From NCBI RefSeq assembly GCF_963921235.1, contig NC_086097.1, forward strand, positions 44,580,001-44,644,000: DNA of 64,000 bases, given 5' to 3'. The position numbers and the translations under genes are program-made. The DNA comes from Mobula hypostoma. Lineage: Eukaryota. The notes beneath the pieces were generated by a model. It did no database searches and was not told where the DNA came from. It saw nothing but the letters and a program-made list of their open reading frames with translations. This document shows positions 1 to 11,800 of this stretch, piece by piece; within the stretch, counting starts at the first letter, position 1, and each line of letters opens with the position of its first letter.

Positions 1-480
1 CAATCCCACACCAACTTGTCTGTCCTTGGACATCTCCACTGCTTTGGGTGAGGCTAAGCGGAGGACCAGTCTCTCATATTTTGCGCCAGTCCAAGGGTAT
101 GAACGCTGAGTTTTTCGATTTCAAGTAACACACTTCCTGTGTTCCTTTTTTACTCCCATTAGTCCACCCAGAGTCTTTCTCCCCTTGTTCACCTCCATCC
201 CTCCCCCACCCTTGTTACTAAGATTCATCATCCTTCCTTTATCTGATACCATCTCAATACTTCCCCTCCCCAGCCTTGACCTTGGGTCACTGTTTCCTTC
301 TTACTCACTGGTTCCACTCATTTCTGATTTATCCCTCCCCTTGGCTTCTAATATACTGGTTACTTTGCCTCTACACTTCCAGTCCTGGTACAGAGTCTCT
401 ACCCAAAACATTGACCTTGTGTCCACAGAAACTGCTTAGCCTGTTGAGTTCCTCCAAGTTTTTTTTTAACTCCTCTAAAT
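1..480 (+). mobile_element. Old Penelope-like element 3' / pseudo-LTR remnant
   Basis: Decayed EEQHLIF...GMNxEFSxF-like coding end, CT-rich tract and ctgttgagttcctcca tail, as in the pLTRs at 46244 and 49724. Confidence 0.5.
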
Positions 481-1799
481 GAAACTTCTGGTCATTATCA
501 CATTGTTGGAGTTTATTGTAGGGACTAAATCCCTGCAGCACACAGCAGTGACTATACTCCAGTGCCTATGATTAATTTGGCATTTCTTAGGTTGTGAAAA
601 GCTTTGTATGACCCAAGTCTTTCTTTTTTTATGTAAGAAAAATCATTTGTTTGCTAAATACAGAACTTCCCCATGAGGGGATGAGTTATGAAATTATAAC
701 CAGTATTATTAGGAAGGAATAAATATGATACCTATGTAACCCAAACCACAACAGGCACTGACAACTGTTAAGCTGCTGGCCACCTTATGCAGTCTTTCAC
801 CTTCATAAACTGCGGTAGCAAGAGGAGTGATGATGCAGGGGAGTGAGTGCTGAAGATCCCATGGAGAGAGCTCTGTTTAGTTCCTCACTGAAAATCTGCT
901 GACCCACAAGAGCTGCAGAATGTTGATAATGTCTTACCCTGAAGTCAACCAAGATTAGCATCTGCGAAGATTGTCTCAATTTCTCTACCAGGAAATATTC
1001 TGACTGGTTTATTGAAAATAACCAGAGGCCCAGGAACTAATTGATTGTAAACAAGATTTCTTGGACTTGGAAAAAAAACCATCAGGTCTTATGGAGAAAA
1101 TAAAATACAATTCCAAATATCCAAAAGTAAGACCTAACAAAAAAACCCATGACCTAAGAAAACAGGTGGTTGGTGGAAAAGATGTAGGAGATCCTTCACT
1201 ATTGTCACTACCTCCTATAGCTCAAATGCCCAAAAACTACCCCGTCAACAATAGATGAGAGGGTACCAAGGACCACTTCAAAATTTCTTCAAGTAGTTCT
1301 CTGTTTTTGATGGGAGTGCCCATGATTACTTTGTAAGTACAGCATCCATGATCTCTTGATGTTACTGCACCTGGCAAAAACTGACAATAATAGCCCAGGA
1401 CCAATTGAATTTCCTGCTGAAGGAATTAAATGAAGTGGAGACATTCTTGAGGGCCACATCCTTCACCTGGAATGAGGAGAGTGCGCCAGAGGATTGCCAA
1501 AGGAATTAAGTCCTCCCTATTCACTGTCACAGGGGAAGTTGTCACTGTAAGGATCCTCCACAACCATTTCCTCCAGGGATCAAACTATTTTTCCCAGAGA
1601 TTCAGTATGATTTCCATCCATCAAGATTATAAATTTAAGCGCTTACACCCCTCCTTTTGTCCCAACGAGCTGCAACACCCAGCAACTATCCTATTTTACC
1701 CCAGCCTAATTGCAGGACAATTTACAATGATCAATTAACCTACCAACCAGTATGTCTTTAGAATGTGGGAGGAAACCCACATGGTTCACGGGGAGAACA

Positions 1800-2410
1800 T
1801 GTACCCTGCACCAATGCCTCTACTTTCTGAGGAGGCTGAAGACAGCCGCACTTTGCACATACATTCTGACAAGCTGCATCTCTGCTTGGTACAGAAACTG
1901 CACTGTGGCGGACTGGAAGGCTCTATAATTAGTAGTCAAAACTGCCCAATGTATCACTGGCACCAGCCTCCCCACCATCAGGGACAGACAGTATATACAG
2001 AAAGGTGCCAGAAAAGGGCCGGTAACATCAGAAAGGATCCCACACACCCTGCTCATGGACTGCTTGTCCCACTCCCATCAGGGAGGAGGCTACACAGCAT
2101 CTACACCAGGCTCAAAAACATGATTTTTCTCAAGCAATATGACTGATTAACAGCTCCAACTACCACCACCACCACCACAACTTTATTATTTCCTGTCAGT
2201 CACCTTATGTAAGGCCTTGTGTCACTTTATAGACGTGCAATCAGTCTCTGTACATAAGCTACTTTATGTATTTATATTTATTGCATGTGTTTTTAAAATT
2301 ATCTTCTTTATTGTTTGTGGCTATTTTTGTGCTGCATCAGATCCAGAGTAACAATCATTTTGTTCTCCTTACACTTTTATACAGGAAATTACGTTAAACA
2401 ATCTTGAATC
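1800..2410 (+). mobile_element. Rex1/Babar-like LINE 3' fragment
   Basis: Encodes KDPTHPAHGLLVPLPSGRRL, typical of the C-terminal end of this LINE group; short ttgaatc-type tail. Confidence 0.6.
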
Positions 2411-2768
2411 TTAAACAATTTTGAATTCTTTACAAGCAGCATCAGAACTGAAGTTCAGACTTTTCTTGTACACCTCAGCTTGTTCTCAGCTGTGCTCTGT
2501 TGGCAAATTTGCCACTTTTTTTTTAAATCGATGCTCCATCCACATTTCTGCCCACGTTCTGTGGTGTCTTGCAATTGGCTGGCATGGATATTTTTGCAAT
2601 GAATTAACACTGTCGTAGCCTGTGACTCTAAATATCTGTGCAAATCCCCACAGCGTCCAGCAACCTGGTGATCTTCGTTTCAGAGGCTGATTTCAGAACA
2701 TCTTTCAAGAATGTGAACCCTCACAAGGTGTCAGGTCCCGATGGTGTACCTGGCAGTGTACTGAAAAT

Positions 2769-2990
2769 TATAGACACACGAGTTTCTGCATATGCTGGAA
2801 ATCTTGAGCAACACACACAAAACGCTCTTGGAAATCAGCAAGCCAGACAGGATCTATGGAGGCAGAAACAGTTGATATTTCAGGCCGAGACTTGATGAAG
2901 GGTCTTGGCTTGAAACGCTGACTATTTATTTCTCTCTGTACTGTAGATGCTGTCTGACTTGCTGAGTTCCTGCAGCGTTTTGTATGTTCC
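2769..2990. mobile_element. Short fold-back Penelope-pLTR-derived element
   Basis: Imperfect inverted arms meet at a degenerate hammerhead motif (ttgatgaagggtcttggcttgaaacg); flanked by gtactgaaaat at 2758-2768 and 2996-3006. Confidence 0.65.
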
Positions 2991-3304
2991 TCGGGGTACT
3001 GAAAATCTGTGCCCACCAGCTGGCTGGAGTGTTCAAGGACATCTTCAATCTCTCACTGCTGCAGTTCGAGGATCTCACCTGCTTCAAAAGAGCAGCCATT
3101 ATACAGGTGCCCAAGAACAGCCAGGTGAGCCGCCAACAACTGCACTGCACTTACACCTGCTGCCACGAAAAGCTTCTAGAGGTTGGTTCTGGCTCCTACC
3201 TGAGCAGGCAATTCACCTACCGTCTCAACAGGTCTACAGAGTACACAATCTCACTGTCTCTCCAGTCTGCACGGCCAGGAAAACATATGCTTATTGATTA
3301 CAGC

Positions 3305-4166
3305 ACAAACACGAGGAACTCTGCAGATACTGGAATTTCAAGCAACACACGTCAAAGTTGCTGGTGAACGCAGCAGGCCAGGCAGCATCTCTAGGAAGCG
3401 GTACAGTTGACGTTTCGGGCCGAGACCCTTCATTAGGACTAACTGAAGGAAGAGCTAGTAAGAGATTTGAAAGTGGGAGGGGGAGGGGGAGATCCGAAAT
3501 GATAGGAGAAGACAGGAGAGGGAGGGATGGAGCCAAGAGCTGGAAAGTTGTTTGGCAAAAGGGATATGAGAGGATCACGGGACAGGAGGCCTAGGAAGAA
3601 AGGGGGGGGGGAACCAGAGGATAGGCAAGGAGTATAGTGAGAGGGACAGAGGGAGAAAAAGGAGAGAGAGAGAAAGAATGTGTGTATATAAATAAATAAC
3701 GGATGGGGTACGAGGGGGAGGTGGGGCATTAACGGATGTTAGAGAAGTCAATGTTCATGCCATCAGGTTGGAGGCTACCCAGACAGAATATAAGGTGTTG
3801 TTTCTCCAACCTGAGTGTGGCTTCATCTTCACAGTAGAGGAAGCCGTGGATAGACATATCAGAATGGGAATGGGATGTGGAATTAAAATGTGTGGCCACT
3901 GGGAGATCCTGCTTTCTCTGGTGGACAGGCCTCCCGTCCCATGACCCTCTCATATCCCTTTTGCCAATCAAATGTCCAGCTCTTGGCTCCATCCCTCCCC
4001 CTCCTGTCTTCTCCTATCATTTCGGATCTCCCCCTCCCCCTCCCACTTTCAAATCTCTTACTAGCTCTTCTTTTAGTTAGTCCTGACAAAGGGTCTCGGC
4101 CCGAAACGTCGACTGTACCTCTTCCTAGAGATGCTGCCTGGCCTGCTGCGTTCACCAGCAACTTTG
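3305..4166. mobile_element. Penelope-like inverted pseudo-LTR insertion (minus copy 3305-~3927, plus copy ~3928-4166) with 18-bp TSD
   Basis: Near-identical to the pLTRs at 46244 and 49724; direct repeat atgcttattgattacagc at 3287-3304 and 4167-4184. Confidence 0.88.
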
Positions 4167-4829
4167 ATGCTTATTGATTACAGCTCAGTACTCAACACCA
4201 TCATCCCCTCAGAACTAATCACCGATCTACACAAATCCTGGGCCCTTGCAGCATCACCACACAACAAAGGCTCTCACGTTCAGAACTTCAAGCAGCTGCA
4301 GAGAACTGTAGACTCTAACCTGGACACGAGCCCTCCTGGCAGCAAGGACTTTTTCCAAGAGGCAGTACCTTGAGAAGAAGCATCCATGATTAAAGGCACT
4401 CACCATCCTGGAACACCCTCTTCTCATTACTACCAGTGGAGACAGAGAGGCCTACAGAGAGCCACACTCAACTGTTTTAGGAACAGCTTCTTCCCCTCCG
4501 CTATCAGATTTCTGAATGGTCCCTGAGCACCACCTTACCATTCCTCTTTCCCACTATTTATCTTTGCAATTCATAGTATTTTTTTTATGTCTTGCGATTC
4601 ATTGCTGTCACAAAAAACACCCAACAAGTTTCATGACGTACGTCAGTGATAATGATTCTGGAGACGGGACACCAGGGGTGGCATTTTGTGTCTGAATGAA
4701 AGTAATCTGGCCGAGGACAGCACACTACCTTAACCAGCCACTCACTAACATGCTCAATTGTTACCCATGTCAATGGTGGTATTTCCGCATGGGGAGTCTT
4801 CAGCTAAAAGAAACCACACGGCTTTCTCA

Positions 4830-5870
4830 ACTGCCGTAGACGGTCGAGAGGGAAATGACTGCTGTTTTTGTTTTGGAGAAGCGGTTAATGAAAATGTCGA
4901 GTTTGCTAAATGCGCCACTGACCCAGCGAGAGGAGAAGTTGTGAAACAGGTTCTTACACTTCGCAGCCTGGTTTATGCCGAGTCTCGTGGCGCAGGCACG
5001 GGACGGCAGGACTGTTTTCCCAGACCGAGACGCTGCTCGGAGCCGCAGCCAATAAAAGGCAGGGGGTGTTCACTTGCGGCTGTTCGGATTGGATGGCATT
5101 TGATCTAAAAAAGGCCATAAACCACGTACCGGACAGAAAATTTCGAAATAGAGAAGGTTGGTCGCTGATGTGCGACTTGGAGGTGATATATCAAGTCAAG
5201 GGGAGAGAGAGGGTATACTGGATTAATCTCTGAACCTGATCTGTTCCATTCTATTGATGCATTGAAACCATCGCAGCTGCAGCTCTGTGAACCCTCGGCT
5301 GTAACGCCATCAGGAGCCGACCAGAAAGGCCTGGCTTAGTGCGAGCGGCTCGATTGCGGAGGCAGTCTCAGTTCATTCAGCCCGGAACGCGCTATGGCAT
5401 TGGATTTCGTCGCGGGATGCCTGGGAGGTGAGGCAGCGCAATCTAGGAACAGAGTGTGGACTTGATACCAATTGCGGCGCGGGGAGGTCGCGCCGGGCGC
5501 TGCTGGGTCCCGCGCGTTTCGCTGCGAGGTTGCAAGCCGAGCGGATGCCACGTATCTACCAAGCGATCGGTTCGCTTGCGGGTGCCGGTGGGGCAGCTGC
5601 GGCCGCGCTCCACTTCAAGGTCAGCGCAGCGGGGGGTGACTCGTCCAGAGCGGGGCACGGCGAGCTCTGCGGGCGGGGGCTCCTGCACCCCAGCCCGTTG
5701 GGCAGTGGCGATACTCTTCATTCGGCGACGAAGCTTGTGTCGAATCTAGTCGGAAATCCTGGGATTATTCCCAGATTCTGCCTTGTTACGGGGGGGGGGG
5801 GGAATCGTAGTTGCCTGCCCTCACGGCTATTAATAGCACTAATGTTCGTGGAAATCCGTATCGGTAGCTG
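4830..5870 (+). promoter_or_regulatory. CpG island / promoter of SLC25A29 with CCAAT boxes (CCAAT 5049-5053, ATTGG 5088-5092)
   Basis: GC- and CpG-rich stretch in an otherwise AT-rich, CpG-depleted window, spanning the start codon and the start of intron 1. Confidence 0.75.
5394..5427 (+). CDS. SLC25A29: SLC25A29 coding exon 1 ([12 protein letters not shown])
   Basis: gctATGG start inside the CpG island; donor G|GTGAGG at 5428. Confidence 0.93.
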
Positions 5871-8800
5871 ATTCATTCTTGGCAACAAATTTGGTGAAGT
5901 GTTTGATGCAGAAATTTTAAAAATTAACGATGTAAAATGTTGCATTCATATGCTGATTTGCCTGGATTCTCGGCGGAGCCACGTTTGTACTCTGTAAATA
6001 TCACATTTTATTTGTTTGGCATAGGCTTTATTAATATTTATTCATTATTTATACTCAGTGATTGAGAATATATCATTAGCGAGTGGAAAATATTGGAACT
6101 TTGCGAATTTACGTAAAACGCGAATCTTACTCTGAAAACTAAATCAGCAAAACTGATGGGCATCATTTTTACGTTGGATATCCACGTTCCATATTTAATT
6201 ACACTAAAGGAGTAGACACGAACGATGTATAAATATGCGTTTATTAAACCGCATTATGAGGGCTGGGAGTATTGCAGAAGTCATTAAAATATAAAGTAGC
6301 TGAGTGTGATTTGGTGTGATCTAATCAAATGCATCGGATGACATCAAACTGCAGGAGTCAGCCTGGAACATTACTCTTTGCTTGAGTTTCTGTTGGACTC
6401 GGTGAGGCATTTCCCTTATCAGGCTTGCCTTGACATGCCGTGTCCTCCTCCAGGTGTTTAGCTTGCAATTCTCAAAGCTTTGAGCGGGTGGGCTGTGGAG
6501 AAGGGACTGCTGCATGGTCTAGAGGAGGTTCAGCAGAATGATTCTGGGACCGAAAGGGTTAAAGTATAAGGAACATTTGATGACGCTGGGCCTCTTGTCC
6601 CTGAGTTTAGAAGAATGGGGTGGGGTGGGGAAATTTCACTGAATCCTATCAGATATTGAGAAGTCTCAGTAGAGGCTGTTTCCTATAGTGGGGAAGTCTA
6701 GGACCAGAGGACACAACCTCAGAGTAAAAGGATGTCCCTTTAGAACAGAGATGAGGAATTTCTTCAGCCAGAGGGTGGTGAGTATGTGGAATTCATTGTC
6801 ACAGATGGCTGTGAAGACCAATCATAGGGTACTGTATATTTAAAGTGGAGGCTGATAGGTTCTTGATTAGGCTTTCGTGAGAATGGAGTTGAGCTGGATA
6901 GTAAATTAACCAAGATGAAATGGCAGAACTGACTCGATGGGCTGAATAGCTTAATTCTGCTCCCATATCTAATGGGCTTGTATGGATATCTTGAGTTTTC
7001 AGGTGATACTGCTTATACTGAAAATCCGCATGCCAGTTCTTTAGTTGTTAAAGTTGAAAACAAAATTTGAAATCTGGTAGAAAACTTGTAGTTTATTAGG
7101 GTTCTTTGTAAAGCCGTATGAATTAGTTACAGTTGCATTGCATCAGTGTGAGGCCAATTCAACTAATGCATTTCTTGAAAAAAATGCTTAACAAGTGTAG
7201 CACAGCTGTAATTTTAAATTGGTAATTCTGTGACCTGCCGTCTTTCATATTGGTACTAATAACATGGGTAAAGAGGGGAGAGGTCCTGCAATTAAGGGTG
7301 CATGTTAAGGAGCAAGGCCTTAAAAAGATATTTTCGGGAGGTGCAGTCAAATGGAAGTGGAAATGGGGCAGGCATGAACATCATAACATATTGGAAGAAT
7401 GCAAGGCTCAGTTACATCCTCTTTAATGCAAGGAATATGATCAGCACTGGGGAGTGTGATATTGCTGACGCAGACATGGCTGGCAGAAGGCTTGAGCTGA
7501 CGACGAAGCATTGCGGGTCGAGAGCCATGTGTGATTTTGGGGAAGGGGGAGATGGGACACAAATGGTTCAGAGAAATTGGCAATGCAGTACTGATTAACA
7601 AATCTATTACTTTGTGTACATTTTTGGAGATTAATAATATTTTAGGATTTCAGTTTTTCTGATATTAACTGAGGCTATGTCCTCACTACGCCGGATAATT
7701 TTGAAAACACCAGTTTCGAGTAAAAACGACAGGCGTCCACACTAAGTATTTTTCAAAATATCTCCGTCCACATTAGGCGGATATTTGGGCGAATCTCCTC
7801 CTACTGGTCATGCGCAGGACACACAGAAAACAAGCGAAGAGGAAACGATATACTTAGTGTGTGTTTGTCCAGTTACAGAGTAGAAAAACTTTAAAGGAAT
7901 TGCTCTTGGCTGTCGCGCAGGAGGACTTAAAACTAAAAAAAACAAACACTGGCGTGTATGGAGGCAACCGATAGGGAGTTCATGGACAGTATAACCCAGC
8001 TGACGACGAACGTTGTAAAACTAACTCTGTTGCATTAATAAAGCACCTTGTTAAATGTATAAAACGTCTGCATCAGTGTTATCTTGTATTTCCATACAAT
8101 GTTACATTAGGTTGTTACACATCTATTGTCAGAGAAGTACTTGCATAAATAGGTAAACCACCTTCATACAAGCAAGGACAGAAAACAGGGCAAAGTGAGT
8201 ATATTTATTTATTCAGTAAGCTATGGGTCAAAGTATTTGGTGAGTACATTTCTAACCCTTGTGGCTTCAGTCTGGTCCGTCTGTTCTGAAATTGTTAGGT
8301 GATGGTGTTCAAGAAAACAATGAACATCTGTTCCGGCACGTCATGACAGCGTTTTTAAATGGACAAAAAAGCTCACTTTACAATTTAACTCTCACGCCGT
8401 TCGCACCGACTGCACGTTATAACAGCTTGCGCAGTACCAAGCAGAAGCAGAAAAAAACATTGTTGTGGTGTTGTCATGACAACATTTTTAAATCTCTCCG
8501 TTTACCCTGTACACACTACGCCGGATATTAAGCATTTTCAGATTTATTCACTCTGGAGAGTGTTTTTGAAAATCTCCATTTTCGGGGGCTGAAAACGCCA
8601 GCTCAGTGTGGACGGGAGGGCAAAACGAAGAGAAAAAGCTTCGTTTTCAAAATTATCCGGCGTAGTGTAAACGTACCCTGAGATTGCCTTAATGTGAAAG
8701 AGAGAGTGGATTTTTTTTTTGAAGAGTGTCCAAATTCTATGTAGATATTACTACTACAGATGTGGTGGCTTTGAACCTTGACTTTGGAAGTGTGGCTGAT

Positions 8801-11800
8801 AAGTAGCTGTAGGGCACTGGGATAACATCTTGGAGACAGTTACCATGATTTAAAAAAAATTTCAATATCATGATGAAAAGGACAGGAAGGTCTAGAAATT
8901 AGGGTCCTGAATTGAGAGACGATGGGTTTCAATACCATAAAGCAGCGGTCCCCAACCACCGGGCTGCAAAGCATGTGTTACTGGGCTGCGAGGAAACGAT
9001 ATATCGTTTCATATGGCCAAATCATGAGGCAGCTGCACCTTTCCTCATTCCCTGTCACGCACTGTTGAACTTGAACACCCCCCCCCACCGTCAGTCGGTC
9101 TGCAAGAATATTGTCAATATTAAACCGGTCTGTGGTGCAAAAAAGATTGGGGACCCCTGCTATAAAGGACCTGGAGAAGGTAGACTGGGAACAGCTACTT
9201 GCAAGTTGACAAATGGGACTCATTCAGCAGTGTAATGAGTGTTTGGGACCAGAGAGTTCCTAAAGAGGGGACCATGTGTCTGTGGATGTCAAGGGATATG
9301 AAGAAGTGGGTAAAGAGAAAAAAATGAAGCACTTGTCGGGCATAGGGTATTGACAGCCAGAAAGGATCTTTGTGAAGGGGCAGGAGATACTTCAAAGAAA
9401 CCGCTGGTTGATAAGATTGAAGGAAGTCTCAAAGCATTTTATCAGTGTATTAAGGTTAAGAGTATAACTAGTGAAGGAGGAGGAATCATGGGACATCAAA
9501 GTCTGAGGATGCAGGGACATTCCCTGTTTATAATGTTAACCTGAAAGGGGGGCACACATTCAGCTGTGACCCACAATGAGGATTGGGACTGGCAGACCTG
9601 GGAGGGGAGGGGTGTTTGTGAGGGGTAATGGTATTATAATCCCCTGGTGGTCTGGTTGGAACAAGGTACTGTAATATGCTGCTGCCATGAGTGAGCTTTA
9701 AGCATTCAGCTGTGAACAATCTTGGTGAAAGGATCCAGCAGTATAATGTTAGGGATTACTGATGTACGACGTCAGGGATTACTCCAGTACAACGTCAGGG
9801 TTACTCCAGTCCTGCCCCTCTGGCTGTAGGGAGCAGGAAGGTGACAGATGTCTGAGGTTTGAGTTGGTCACAAAAACCAGACTCCCCCAGTGGTCTCTCC
9901 AAACTTCTCGCTGCCTCAGTAAGGCAGTCAGCATAATCAAAGACCCCACCTGCTACAAACATTCTCTCTTCTTCTCTCCCCCTTTAGCCAGGTGATACAA
10001 AAGCTTGAAAATGCACATCTCCAGGTTTATGGATAGCTTTATTTATTTAAAGGTGTACTGCACAATAGGTTCTTCTGGCCCTTCGAGCTACACCCCCCCG
10101 GTAATCCTGTTTAACCCTAACCTAATTGCGAGCCAATTTACAAGACCAGTTAATTTATCCGATACGTCTTTGGACCTTGGGAAGGATCTGGAGGACCTAG
10201 GGAAAAACCCAAGCATTCCACGGGGTGGTCTCCTTGCAGAGGTTGCCGGGACTGATCTCCGAACTCTGATGACCAAGCTGTAATAGCATCGTGCTAACCA
10301 CTACGTGCCATGGTGCCCAAGAAAGGTAGAAAGGATAAGCCAAGTAATTAATGGCTTACTAATAATGTTAATGTTAGGGAAGATATTGGGGGGAAAAATT
10401 CAGGATATGATTAATGTACACTTGTAAAGGCAGAGACTATCAGTATGGTTTTGTTAATTTTGTTGACAAAATAGGCAGAACAATGACAGAACTTAATCCT
10501 AATAAAAACACTTTGGAAGGACTTGTAAGGGTATTCCATATAAAGTGAATATGGAATATAAAGGACAGAGGGAATACTGAACAGAAAGATCCCTCAAGTC
10601 AGCATGTGAGTCCTGATGAAAGGTCTTGGCCCAAAATTTCAACTGTTTACTCTTTTCCATAGATGCTGCCTGGCCTGCTTTGTTCCTCCAGCATTTAGTG
10701 TGTGTTGCTTGGATTTCCAGCATCTGGAGATTTTTTTCTTGTTGTTTGTATGTGAGTAAATTGGTGGTGAAGTGGTATGGGATACTGTACTCGAAGGATA
10801 ATTTGCTGTTCAAACCTCAGGTGAAATGCAAAATCAATTCATTGTTTTCCTTTTACTTAGTAAAGGTAATGAGGTCTCTTGTCCTGTCTTGGCATGTTTC
10901 TCTTTCACTAAACTCGAGTTGGAAATTCATTGTTAGTTGTGTGCATATCAGAGCAGCTGCACTGATGTAAGTGGAATTGGGTTTCAGAAATGGAGTGCCA
11001 TATGCAGCTGCTCCTCAATATCTGTGTTAGTGTAAGTGAGGATGAATTTCTGCATAAGCTCTTTTTTGGAACGGAGAAAATTTAGATTCTTGTACTTCTA
11101 AAGCTTTTATTAGCACCATGCAAAGCTGTGATTTGTTGAATATTAAAATGACTTGTCATTACATTTATTGGATGTCATACCACCAAATCCCCCTCAAATT
11201 ATTTGTGTATTTAAACTTAGCAAGCTATGTCATTGGGTCTTCCAGTGGATGTGTGTGCACGTTTCAGAGACTTTGTTGAAGTCTGTCATTTTTAAAAGAA
11301 AATTTCTTCTAAATTTTGGTATATGCTATAATATTGCAAAGTGGGGTGTGGTGCTTATATAAGCAATATGCTATTGTTCTGACACTGATACGATTATTGG
11401 AAATGTCTGGAGTAAGAGTCAGAAGAAGAAAACGTGCATTAGCAACCAGACGTTGCTGCCTTTTCTAGTTGAGAATATGTCTGGACTGATTCTGCAAGTA
11501 ACTGAATGGAAGTCCTTAGTTCAGGTACCCTTTGTGGATTGTAGTCACAGAATAATTTGGGAATGTGGCCTGCTCTGGGGAGTCTACAGAGCCATTTCCA
11601 AATTGTGCATCCCTGCAAAAGAAAAATATGAGGGTCCATAATGACAGAATCACCTTTTAGTTTTTGGGAAGGTGACTGAGAGCTCATTGCTTGTCGGGCC
11701 ACTGGAGTCAAGCGTGCAGAGGCAAAGTGACCTGAACCCTCTGCCTCCAACCCAGGTAGATATAGGTGGGTGAGGACTGACAGCAGCAATTCTAAACAGA

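Larger units (their letters stand above)
2635..4660 (+). mobile_element. Decayed Rex1/Babar-like LINE interrupted by two Penelope-derived insertions
   Basis: GPDGVPG, CAHQLAGVFKDIFNLSL, IIQVPK and MLIDYSSVLNTIIPS RT motifs are collinear across the inserts. Confidence 0.7.

Noticed and set aside
3291..4177. Recurrent 70-120 aa ORFs (also at 46638-47032 and 50078-50615)
   Set aside because: Translations of the non-coding pLTR on both strands; they recur because of repeat copies, not because of a gene family
5428..5871. 147-aa and overlapping ORFs in the GC-rich region
   Set aside because: They start at the intron 1 donor; a stop-poor CpG-island artefact with no recognisable domain
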